Assembly: GCF_963921235.1 (NCBI RefSeq)
Contig: NC_086097.1
Location: 98,644,001 to 98,708,000, forward strand
Length of the DNA stretch: 64,000 bases
Reading direction: 5' to 3'
Source: Mobula hypostoma
Taxonomy: Eukaryota
Shown: positions 39,669 to 51,025 of the stretch, one piece after another
Position numbering within the stretch: the first letter of the stretch is position 1
Layout: every line of letters starts with the position of its first letter
The notes under the pieces: generated by a model
What the model was told of the DNA's origin: nothing
Databases searched by the model: none
The model's input: the letters and a program-made list of their open reading frames with translations, nothing else
Translations under genes and position numbers: made by a program

Positions 39669-40389
39669 CGGGGCCCAGCCAGGGGCAAGCTTTCCTCCAG
39701 CTGTCCCCGCTCGCTCTTGTGGCCCTTTAGCTCCAGCGACGCCTCCCCCTTGCGGCCCAGCTCGGCGGCGCAGTTGGTCAGTTTGCAATGCGGGCGGCCC
39801 CGCTCGGGCCCACAATTCACCTCCAGGCCGGCCAGCTTCAGCTGCGAGGCCACGATCAAGTTGTCCCTCTGCGGGTCCGTGCGGTTGTTCATGGCGTTGG
39901 CGAGCCGCGGCTGAGGCCGGTGTCCGGCCGAGGATCGTAAATGCCGGACGGCCAGCGCCAGGGCGAGCAGCAACAGGACGAACGCGGCTATGCCGCAGCC
40001 CAGGGACACCAGCTGCCACTGCACAGGGCTGGGCAGCTGCCGGTGTTTCTGCGAGGGGCTGGGCTCCTGGACGGAGATCTCGCACCACCGGCCCACGAAG
40101 TCGTAGGGACACTGACAGACGGGGCCACGGCTGGAGAGGCCGGCGTGGCAGGTGCCGCCGTTCTGACAGGATGCCGAGTCGCAGTCGGCGGGCAGCCGCT
40201 GGCCGCAGTTCCGGCCCGTGTAGCCGGCGGAGCACAGGCAGTGGTAACCGTTCACCTGGTCCAAGCAGCTGCCGCCGTGGAGGCACGGGTTCGGGGCGCA
40301 GTCGTTAATGTTGATCTCACAGCTCTGGCCGGCGAATCCTGGGGGGCAGTGGCACATGCGGGTCAGTCCCAGACCCAGGCACCGGCCTC
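39669..40389 (-). CDS. dll4: Delta-like 4-type ligand exon 9 (EGF6-8, TM helix LVSLGCGIAAFVLLLLALALAV, intracellular AMNNRTDPQRDNLI...)
   Basis: Acceptor cttgcag|GA, donor CG|gtaggt, 721 nt. Phase-2 exit matches the exon 10 entry. Confidence 0.94.
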
Positions 40390-40458
40390 CTGCAAGAGGG
40401 GAGAGGTGGGTCAGACAGTCTGGATCAGGCAGCAGAGTCCAACGGTCACCTCCCGTTT

Positions 40459-41340
40459 AACCAGCCCCGTCATGTCCCCTCACTCCCCCCACCCCCACCC
40501 CAACCCCTCCACCTTCACAGCTCCCTCCAAAACCCCCTCCACCTCCCCTTTCACCAGTCCCGTCATGTCCCCTCACTCCCCCCACCCCCACCCCAACCCC
40601 TCCACCCCTCCCCAACTCCTCCACCTTCACAGCTCCCTCCAAAACCCCCTCCACCTCCCCTTTCACCAGTCCCGTCATGTCCCCTCACTCCCCCCATCCC
40701 CACCCCAACCCCTCCACCTTCACAGCTCCCTCCAAAACCCCCTCCACCTCCCCTTTCACCAGCCCCGTCATGTCCCCTCACTCCCCCCACCCCCACCCCC
40801 ACCCCCACCCCAACCCCTCCACCTTCACAGCTCCCTCCAAAACCCCCTCCACCTCCCCTTTCACCAGTCCCGTCATGTCCCCTCACTCCCCCCACCCCCA
40901 CCCCAACCCCTCCCCAACCCCTCCACCTTCACAGCTCCCTCCAAAACCCCCTCCACCTCCCCTTTCACCAGTCCCGTCATGTCCCCTCACTCCCCCCACT
41001 CCCCCCACCCCCATCCCAACCCCTCCACCTTCACAGCTCCCTCCAAAACCCCCTCCACCTCCCCTTTCACCAGTCCCGTCATGTCCCCTCACTCCCCCCA
41101 TCCCCACCCCAACCCCTCCACCTTCACAGCTCCCTCCAAAACCCCCTCCACCTCCCCTTTCACCAGTCCCGTCATGTCCCCTCACTCCCCCATCCCCACC
41201 CCAACCCCTCCACCTTCACAGCTCCCTCCAAAACCCCCTCCACCTCCCCTTTCACCAGTCCCATCATGTCCTCTCACTCCCCCCACCCCCACCCCAACCC
41301 CTCCACCTTCACAGCTCCCTCCAAAACCACCCCCACCTCC
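40459..41340. repeat. ~93-bp C-rich (G-rich on the gene's sense strand) minisatellite, about 9 units, in intron 8
   Basis: Unit ccagtcccgtcatgtcccctcactccccccaccccaccccaacccctccaccttcacagctccctccaaaaccccctccacctcccctttca, with starts at 40461, 40554 and onward. Confidence 0.95.
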
Positions 41341-42794
41341 TCAAACTCTCTCCCCTTCCCTCCCTTTCCTCCTGCACTCCTCCCCTATCTATCCTTCCAA
41401 TTCACCTCGCAATGACAGTCGATGTCAGTGACCTCTGACCATGGTTAAGTGGTGTGTAATTTCCAAAATGTGAACTGGTGCTGGGTTCACCGAACAGGCA
41501 GGGGAGGTGGGGAAACTGCCATACAGGGAAACATTCGATTAACTGGAGCGTCGAGCAGGGGACCCCAAACTTTGCCACACTGTTAAGCAAGGGTCAGTGA
41601 ACCCCAGGTTGGGAAGCCCTGGTGTGGAGGTGAGAGTAAATTCCAGTGAAATGTGAAAAGTTCTGAGGAGGCGAGACAGGTTAGATGTGAGGGTGATGAT
41701 TTTCCTGGTTTGGAGGGGGGTGGGGGTAGTGTGATTATAGGGGGTAGGACATTTACGTCAGACGTGGAGAGATTTCTATGCTAAGGGAATTCTTTCCTCT
41801 GAAGGGCAAGTCACTGAAGACTTTTTCTAGATTCAAGTGGCACCAGTGGGTGTGGAGGAGAAAGCAAGAAACATATTCAGATGGGGGGGGATAAGGCAGC
41901 TTTGCTGAATAGCCTTTACTTGCCCCTATGTTCTCTGACTCTGCATGTGGGTTAAGGGCAGGGTTCCACATTTGGTGCAGGCTCCTGAGGTGATCAGCTC
42001 CCTGGGTAAGTTTACAGTCAGCCCCCCCCCACCCCGACAGTGAGACAGTTGTTTCCAAGTATCATCCCCATGACGGGGGACGGGTACAGTCTCTTTGCTG
42101 TGGCTTGGATGTGGGGTCAGAGCCCAGGAACCGCTCAGACTTCCCAGTCCTTGGGAAGCAGAAAGACGGCTGCTGGGCAGGTGAGAGAGATGGCCTGTTC
42201 TCAGTGAGGCTCCCCCTGTTGCTCCCCCTGTCCACTGCCTCCCACTACCAGTGCTTATTTCAAAGTGAAAATATATGCTCAGAGCTTGAGGGGTGGGGTT
42301 AAAATCTCTATCCACAGCAATCATGGCTTTATATCCCAAATTTGTCCCTTTCTGTAGAAGGGACATTTCTATTCCACCGCCCTCCCAACCGATTGAGCAG
42401 TTGCCTTAGGGATCTGAATCATTCTAATGTGTTACTCTACAAACCCTACCATGCTCTGTGACTATCCCTAAAGTTGAACCTTTGTAGTGGAGACAAAACT
42501 TCAAAACTTACAACTTACAATCCCCTACAGCCCGGAATCACTGGCTTCTGGAATGGTTCCAGAAGGTTGGAAAATTGCAAATGTCACTCCACTCTTGAAG
42601 AAGAGAGAGAGGCAAAGAGGTCGTGGTACATATTGATGCCAGTGACATAGGCAGGAGAGGGGTAGGGGTCCTGTGCAGTATGGTTAGGGAGTTAGGCAGA
42701 AGGCTGAAGAGCAGGACCTCCAAGGTGGTCATCTCTGGATTACTCCCGGTGCCACGAGCTAGTGAAGGTCAGAACAGGAAGATGGTGCAGATGA

Positions 42795-43420
42795 CAGTTC
42801 CTCGGTATCCACATCACCAAGGACCTCACGTGATCCGTACACACCAGCTGTGTGGTGAAAAAGGCACAACAGTACCTCTTTCACCTCAAATGGTTGAGGA
42901 AGTTTGTTATGGTCTCCCAAATCCTAAGAACTTTCTACAGGGGCACAATTGAGAGCATCCTGACTGGCTGCATCACTGCCTGGTATGGGAACTGTACTTC
43001 CCTCAATCACAGGACTCTGCAGAGAGTGGTGTGGACAGCCCAGCGCATCTGTAGTTGTGAACTTCCCATGATTCAGGGCATTTACAAGGACAGGTGTGTA
43101 AAAAGGGCCTGAAGGATCACTGGGGACCCAAGTCACCCCAACCACAATCTATTCCAGCTGTTACATCTGGGAAGCATGAAGCATGCTCTACCGTAGCATA
43201 AAAACCAGGACCAATAGGATCCGGGACAGCTTCTTCCACCAGGCCATCAGACCGATGAACTCACGCTAACTTGAGTGTACTTTGTATTTCATTGACTGTT
43301 CTATTTATTATAAATTATTATAAAGTACTATGATTGCACATGGCACATTTAGATGGAGACATAATATAAAGACTTCTACTCCTCACGTATGTGAAGGATG
43401 TAAGAAATAAAGTCAATTCA
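42795..43420 (+). mobile_element. Rex1/Babar-like LINE 3' fragment inserted into CR1 ORF1
   Basis: VKKAQQYLFHLKWLRKF...FYRGTIESILTGCITAWYGNC, ending aaataaagtcaattca. CR1 ORF1 resumes afterwards (KWLRRWCRGQGF). Confidence 0.75.
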
Positions 43421-44676
43421 TAAGTGGCTGAGGAGATGGTGCAGGGGGCAGGGTTTCAAGTTCTTGGATCATTGGAACCGTTTCTGGGAAAGGGCTGACC
43501 TGCACAAGTGGGACAGGTTTCACCTACACTGTAGGGGAACCAATATCTTGGGAGGAAGGTTTGAAATGCTGTTGTGGATGGTTTAAACTAGATTTGCAGG
43601 GAGGTAGGAACCAAAGTGAAGAGGCAGAAGATGGGGCAGTTGGCGCACAAGTAGTGACAGCTTGTGAGGTGTTTATGAGGAAGGATAGGCAGATGATAGA
43701 GCAAAGAAACAGTCTGCCAGATGGATTTGAGGAGCAGATTGGGAGGCAGATTCTGGAACAGTGCAATAATAATAGGGTTGTTGTGATGGGTGATTTTAAC
43801 TTTCCTAACATTGGCTGGCATCTCCTTAGAGCAAGGGGTTCAGATGGGGTGGAGTTTGTCAGGTGTGTTCAGGAAGGTTTCCTGACACAATATGTAGATA
43901 AGCCTACAGGAGGAGAGGCTGTACTTGATCTGGTATTGGGAAATGAACCTGGTCAGGTGTCAGATCTCTCGGTGGGAGAGCATTTTGGAGGAGTGATCAC
44001 AACTCTATCTCCTTTACCATAGCGCTGGAGAGGGATAGGAGCAGAAAATTTGGGAAAATATTTAATTGGGGTAGGGGGAAATGTGCTATTAGGCAGGAAC
44101 TTGGGAATGTAAATTGGGAGCAGATGTTCTCAGGGAAATGCACGGCAGAAATATTGCAACTGTTCAAGGAACATTTGCATGGCATTCTGCGTAGGTATGT
44201 TCCATTGAGGCAGGGAAAGGATGGTAGGGTAAAAGAACCATGGTGTACAAAGAATATAGAAAATCTAGTTAAGCAGAAAAGAAAAACTTATGAAAGGTTC
44301 AAGAAACTAGGTACTGTTAGGGCTCTAGAAAATTACAAGGGTGCCAGGAAGGAGCTCAAGAATGAAATTAGGAAAGCCAGAAGAGGCCATGAGAAGGCCT
44401 TGGTGAGCAGGATTAAGGAAAACCCCAAGGCATTCTACAAGCAAGAGGATGAGCCATGTGAGATTAGGACCACTCAGGAGTGAGAGTGGAAACAGGTGCA
44501 GGGAGCCGGAGGAGGTAGCAGAGATACTTAGTGAATACCTTGCTTCAGTATTCACCAGTGAAAAGGACCTTGGCAGTTGTGGAGATGACTTACAGTGGAC
44601 TGAATTGCTTGAGTGTACAGACATTAAGAAAGAGGATGTTCTGAAGCTTTTGAAAAACATTAAGTTAGATAAATTA

Positions 44677-45513
44677 CACACATAAAAAAATGCTGGTGAA
44701 TGCGGCAGGCCAGGTAGCATCTCTAGGAAGAGGTACAGTCAACGTTTCGGGCCGAGACCCTTCGTCAGGACTAACTGAAAGAAGAGATTGAAAGAGATTT
44801 GAAAGTGGGAGGGGGAGGGGAGATCCGAAATGATAAGAGAAGACAGGAGGGGGAGGGATGGAGCCAAGAGCTGGACAGGGGATTGGCAAAAGGGATATGA
44901 GGGGATCATGGGACGGAGGCCTAGGGAGAAAGAAGGGGTGGGGGGGCAAGACCCAGAGGATGGGCAAGGAGTTATAGTGAGAGACACAGAGGGAGAAAAA
45001 AATAATAATAAATAAATAAGGGATGGGGCACAAAGAGGAGGTGAGGCATTAACAGAAGTTGGAGAAGTCAGTGTTCTCTAACTTCCGTTAATGCCCCACC
45101 TCCCCTTCATGCCCCATCCCTTATTTATTTATTATTATTATTTTTTTTCTCCCTCTGTCCTTCTCACTATAACTCCTTGCCCTTCCTCTGGGCTCCCCCG
45201 CCCCCCCCTTTTCTTTCTCCCTGGGCCTCCTGTCCCATGATCCCCTCATATCCCTTTTGCCAATCAACTGTCCAGCTCTTGGCTCCATCCCTCCCCCTCC
45301 TGTCTTCTCCTATCATTTCAGATCTCCCCCTCCCACTCCCACTTTCAAATATCTTTCAATCTCTTCTTTCAGTTAGTCCTGACGAAGGGTCTCGGCCCAA
45401 AATGTTGACTGTACCTCTTCCTACAGATGCTGCCTGGCCTGCTGCGTTCACCAGCATTTTTTATGTGTGTTGCTTGAATTCCCAGCATCTGCAGATTTCC
45501 TTGTATTTGCGTG
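44677..45513. mobile_element. Penelope-like element remnant forming a long inverted repeat, with 13-bp TSD
   Basis: Arms 44677-45066 and 45074-45469 are reverse complements with a 7-nt spacer. Flanks are gttagataaatta (44664-44676) and gttagataagtta (45514-45526). It carries a hammerhead-type motif. Confidence 0.75.
44736..44773 (-). ncRNA. Minimal type I hammerhead ribozyme motif (Penelope-associated)
   Basis: UAGUC-CUGACGA-A-GGGUCUCGGCCC-GAAAC-GUU-GACUG: core boxes CUGANGA and GAAA, stem I UAGUC/GACUG, stem II GGGU/GCCC, palindromic ACGU stem III, NUH = GUU. Confidence 0.65.
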
Positions 45514-48500
45514 GTTAGATAAGTTATCAGGACTGGACGAGATATACCCCAGGCTACTGTGGGAAGTGAGAGAGGAGATTGCTGAGCCTCTGGCGATGAT
45601 CTTTGCATCATCAATAGGGACAGGAGAAGTACCAGAGGATTGAAGGGTTGCAGATGTTGTTCCCTTGTTCAAGAAAGGGAGTAGAGATAACCCAGGAAAT
45701 TATAGACCAGTGAGTCTTATTTCAGTGGTTGGTAAGTTGATGGAGAAGATCCTGAGAGGCAGGACTTATGAGCATTTGGAGAGGCATAATATGATTAGAA
45801 ATAGTCAGTATGGCCTTGTCAAGGGCAGGTCATGCCTTACAAACTTGATTGAATTATTTGAAGACGTAACAAAACACATTAGTAGATGTAGTGTATATGG
45901 ACTTCAGTAAGGTTTTTGATAAGGTTCCCCATGCAAGGCTCATTCAGAAAGTAATAAGGCATGGGACCCAAGGAGACCTTGCTTTGTGGATCCAGAATTG
46001 GCTTGCCCACAGAAGGCAAAGAGTGGTTGTGGATGGTTTGTATTCTGCATGGAGGCTGGTGGGCAGTGGTGTGCCTCAGAGATCTGTTCTGGGACCCCTC
46101 CACTTTGTGATTTTTATAAATGACCTGGATGAGGAAATAGACGGATGGGTTAGTAAATTTGCTGATGACATAAAGGTTGGGAGTGTTGTGAATAGTCTGG
46201 AGGTTTGTCAGAGATTACAGCGCAACATCAATAGGATGGAGAACTGGGCTGAGAAGTGGCAGATGGAGTTCAACCCAGACAAGTGTGAAGTGGTTCATTT
46301 TAGTAGGTCAAACTTGAAGACGGATTATAATACTCTTGGCACTGTGGAGGATCAGAAATCTTGGGGTTCATGCCCATTGGACACTCAAAGCTGCTGCACA
46401 GGTTGACAGTGTTGTTAAAAAGGCCTATGGTGTGTGGCCTTCGCCAACTACAGGATTGAGTTCAAGATGCGTGAGGTAATGTTACAGCTATACAAGACCT
46501 TAGTTAGACCCCACTTGGAGTATTGTGTTCATTTCTGGTCTCCTTATTGTAGGAAGTATGTGGATACTATAGGGAGGGTGCAGAGGAGATTTACAAGGAT
46601 GTTGCCTGGATTGGGGAGCATGCCTGATGAGAATAGGTTGAGTGAACTTGGCCTTTTCTCCTTGGAGCGACGGAGGATGAGAGGTGGCCTGATAGAGGTG
46701 TATAAAATGATGAGAGGCATTGATCGTGTGGACAGCTAGAGGCTTTTTCCTAGGGCTGAAAGGCTAACACGAGGGGGCATCGTTTTAAGGTACAAGGGGG
46801 ATGTCAGAGGCAAGTTTTTCACAGAGGGTGGTGGGTGCATGGAATGCACTACCAGGGAAGGTGGTAGAAGTGGATACAATAGGGTCTTTTAAAGAGACTG
46901 TTAGATAGGTACATGGAACTTAGAAAAATAGAGGGCTATTCAGTACGGAAATTCTTGGCAGTTTCTAGAGTCGGGTACATGGTTAGCACATCTTTATGGG
47001 CTGAAGGGCCTGTATTGTGCTGTAGATCTTTATGTTTCTATAGGTCAGTCAGTCTGACCTTAGTGGTTGGGAAGATGTTGGAGTCGATTATTAAGGATGA
47101 GGTCTCAGGGTATTTGGAGGCCCATGATAAAGCAGGTTTCCTCAAAGGAAAATCTTGCCTGCCAAATCTGTTGGAATTGTTTGAAGAAATAACAAGCAGG
47201 ATAGACAAAGGAGAATTGGTTCTTGTGCTCTTGATTTCCAGAAGGCCTTTGACAAGGTGCCACACATGAGGCTGCTTAACAAGCTACGGGCCCATGGTAT
47301 TACAGGAGAGATTCCAGCATCGATAAAGCAGTGGCTGATTGGCAGGAGGTAAAGAATGGGAGTAAAGGGAGCCTTTTCTGGCTGGCTGCCAGCGACTAAT
47401 GGTGTTCCACAGAGATCTGTGTAGGGACCAATGCTTTTTACATGATATGTCAATGATTTGGATGATGGAATTGATGGCTTTGTTGAAAAGTTTGCTGACG
47501 GTATGAAGACAGGTAGAGTGGCAAGTAATTTTGAGAAAGTAAAGCTACAGAAGGACTTAGATTAGGAGAATGGGTAAAGAAGTGGCAGATGGAATACAGT
47601 GTCAGGAAGTGTATGGTCATGCACTTTGGTCGAAGAAATGAAAGGACTGACTATTTTCTAAATGGAGAGAAAATACAAAAAACTTAGGTGCAAAGGGACT
47701 TGGGAGTCCTTGTGCAGGATTCCCTAAAGGTTTTTACACAGTAAGGGAATTAAGGTTTATGGGGAAAAGGCAGGTAGATGGAGCTGAGTTTACGGACAGA
47801 TCAGCCATGATCTTATTGAATGGCGGGGCAGGCTCGATGGGCCGTGTGGCCTACTCCTGCTCCTATTTCTTATGTTCTTCTGTTAATTTACAATTGAGTC
47901 GGTGGTGAGGAAGGCAAATGCAACGTTAGCATTCATTTCAAGAGGACTGGAATATAAAAGAAAGGATGTAACGTTGAGAAGCTATAAAGCACTAGTGAGG
48001 CCTCACTTGGAGTATTGTGAGAGTTTTTCAAAGGAGATTCACACAATGATTCCCATAGTGAAAAGCTTTTCATATGTAGAGCATTTGATGGCTTTGGGCC
48101 TGTATTCACTGGAATTCGGGAGAATGAGGGGGGATCTCATTGAAACCTATCAAATGATGAAAGGCCTTGACAGAGTGGATGTGGAGAAGATGCTTCCTAT
48201 GGTGGGTCAGTCTAAAACCAGAGGACACAGCCTCAGAATAGAGGAGTGTCTTTTTACAGCGGAGATGAGGAGGAATTTCTTTAGCTGGAAAGTGGTGAAT
48301 CTGTGGAATTCTTCGCCACAGGCAGCTGTGGAGGCCAAGTCTTTAAGGCAAATGTTGATAGATTCTTGATTGGTCAAGGCATGAAGGCATACACGGAGAA
48401 GGCAGGGGGTTGGGGCTGAGTGGAAAATTGGATCAGCCATGATGAATGGAAGAGTAGACATGATTGGCCAAATGGCCTAATTCTGCTCCTATATCTGACA

Positions 48501-48649
48501 GTCTAATGTAAACCGATATACTTGTAAGGGGTTGCCGAGTCTTGAAGAGGACAGTCGTAAGTGGAACTTGTGCTGCCTCGGGATCTGGGTTAGGGTTGGT
48601 AGCCTCTTCCTCAGATTTCACCTGGAAAAGGATAGGGCTGCTCTGAAAC

Positions 48650-48810
48650 TGAGTGGGGCGCGGGATTAGTCTGGGATTTATGGCAGGATTTCAGGAATGA
48701 GTGGGGAGTGGGATTAGTCTGGGATTTATTTCAGGAATGAGTGGGGGGTGGGATTAGTCTGGGATTTACAGCAGGATTTCAGGAATGAGTGGGGCGTGGG
48801 ATTTATCATG
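48650..48810. repeat. Short tandem repeat (ggaatgagtgggg..tgggattagtctgggattta), about 4 units
   Basis: Directly visible about 110 nt downstream of the exon 8 donor. Confidence 0.8.
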
Positions 48811-48916
48811 GATTAACACAGCATGGACATACTAATGCCACAGTGATCTTGTTGACCACGTGTCACACTTCCCTGTTGAGGATACAGTTACAAGGAGAAA
48901 CACAGTACTACGTTAC

Positions 48917-49136
48917 CATTTGCACAGGGGCTCCTGGAACATCGATCCACCTTCTGCTCACAGTTGGTGCCAGAAAAGCCGGGTCTACAGCTACAGATGT
49001 AAGAGGCTCCCCGTGATGTCCTATAGCAGGAGCCACCGTTGAAGCAGGGGAAGTCAGCACAGGTCAGGGCACTGTTCTCACACTGCTGCCCATCATAGCC
49101 AGGAAGGCAAGAGCAGTGGTATCTTTCCTCTGACTC
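48917..49136 (-). CDS. dll4: Delta-like 4-type ligand exon 8 (EGF4-6 ESEERYHC...LTCADFPCFNGGSC...KVDRCSRSPCANG)
   Basis: Acceptor ttgcag|GAG, donor G|gtaacg, 220 nt. Confidence 0.95.
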
Positions 49137-50056
49137 CTGCAACAACAGAGCCACAGCGTTAGGAACACCAGCGCATCTCACTGACTCTCTACGCTGCCAG
49201 GATATCACCCACGTCCTACAGCAACCACTCTCAGCTAAACTGACACAGTGGAGAGGGGCAGGGCAGGGGGACAGAGCCAAGAGAAGAGGCAGTAGCTCAG
49301 CCTAAATGATGAATTCCCCTGGAAAACACAGCCGTTGGGAACCACAAGTGGTTTGAGCAGATTAATCATATAGTCAGGTTTTGCAGTGAGGATGAAAGAG
49401 CCCCAACGTTTCCTCTCTCCCCAGAGCCTGTGTGTACTGATTGAAGTGGGGGTACTCTTTATCCATCCTGATTATGACTTTAAAGCCCAAACTCTGGCCT
49501 TGCCTCTTTACGAAGAGCTTCTCTTCATTTTGTACTCCCCTCCCCTTGATGGCCATCTGAAGGAATATTCACTCCCTGGTGGGATCACCCTTGCCCTGTG
49601 TGACTTCACCCTCTCCTTGGGACAGAGTGTCTCCATGAGGGAATCACCCCAGTTCTCTATGAATCAAGAGACACGGGAGATCGCAGATGCTGGAAGAATT
49701 CCTTAGGTCCGGCAGCATCTGCGGAGGGAAACGGGCAGACAACATCTTGAGTTGAGACCCTCTACCTGGACCAGATAACATCTCAACCAGAAATATCAAC
49801 CTCCGTAGAGGATGCTTGTGGCTGGCTGATCTCCTCCAGCATTTTGTTTCTTCCTCTCGTTGTGGGACAGTGTCTCCCTCCAAAGTGATCCTTCTCCCCG
49901 CAGCCCGATTCTGAGTGAATGCACCCTTGCTGTGGGACAGCACCCCCCCCCCGCATAATTGGACAGATCTTTCCGCCCTGGCCTGTCGTGCTGGAGAATG
50001 ACGAGGATTGCAAGCTGGTTGAGGTGAGCAAAGCTGGAGAGTGAGATGTCCCTTAC

Positions 50057-50226
50057 CGTGCAGGTTCCTCCATTTCTGCAAGGACTGCTGCCACACTTGG
50101 GCACGGGAGACTGGCAGTGGACGCCGGTGAAGCCAGGCTGGCAGGTGCAGGTGAAACTGCCTTGCCCGGTGTTGGTGCAGGTGGCGTTGTTCAGACAGGG
50201 CTTGTTGTGGGTGCAGTAGTTGAGAT
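50057..50226 (-). CDS. dll4: Delta-like 4-type ligand exon 7 (EGF3-4 [11 protein letters not shown]...PCRNGGTCT)
   Basis: Acceptor gtaacag|AT, donor ACG|gtaagg, 170 nt. Confidence 0.95.
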
Positions 50227-51025
50227 CTGTTACCGGCACAGAAAGGGAAGAGGAGCAACATCAGTCACAATTCACAAGCAGTACAAGCCAACTTTGGCAA
50301 CAGCATCCTCACTGTTCCTCCCTTGCATTTCAAATATCCCAGAGGAAGCGAGGTGGGACTACGGGATCGGGATGGTGTTCTTTCTTGTCCCCTCGGAAGA
50401 GTGGTGGTGAGGTGAGAGTAACCCTTTATGCTTTTCTCCACATTGAATAGGTCACTCAGGGTTAATCGCTCAGCACCTCTGGCTGGATTTGACGTCTGCT
50501 CCTCGTTCATTCATTAGTAAAACCAAGTAACCAGCAGTTGTTCACTATCAGAATGGTTGTTTCAGTTACTCTGGGAGGGTGCTTATAGGGCGAGGCTCTT
50601 CAATCTAACCTGGCTCGATTCAATCAACATCCGAGTTTGGGAGCTGACACGTGGTGTCCTGCCTCACGGTGCCAGAATCCCGACCTGGGGTGCTGTGTGT
50701 GTGCGCAGTCTGCATGTTCCTGTCTGGGTGTCTCCCGGGCACTCCTTTTCCAGCCACGTCATCAAGACACGCGGGTTGGCAGGTTTACTGGCCATTGTCA
50801 ATGGCCCCAGCGTGCAGGGGAGTATGAGGAATCTGGGGGCAGTTAATGTGAATGAACTGGCATTAGTGCAAGGTGCTTAATAGTTGGGGCTGACACAGAA
50901 GGGTTTGCTTCTGTGATCCGTGAATGATTTGTCTGACCAAGGTTTAGATGGGCTTCGTGCTGGACTGGAGGTTGCGGATCTGGTGAAATGGTGGTGGGGA
51001 CTACCTCAGATCGGACTTCACTCAC

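Larger units (their letters stand above)
42540..48510 (+). mobile_element. Nested CR1 complex: outer CR1 (42540-42620 and 47040-48510) containing an inner near-full-length CR1 (about 42620-47040)
   Basis: Outer RT VPEGWKIANVTPL resumes at YRSVSLTLVVGK. The inner copy has ORF1 esterase (KVVISGLLPVPRASE), endonuclease (MGDFNFP), RT (FADD) and a tail. A short CR1 3' tail sits at about 47731-47881. Confidence 0.85.

Noticed and set aside
39372..41438. Pro/Gly-rich ORFs (39941-41431, 40677-41438, 39372-40286)
   Set aside because: These are antisense or alternative-frame shadows of GC-rich exon 9 and translations of the 93-bp minisatellite.
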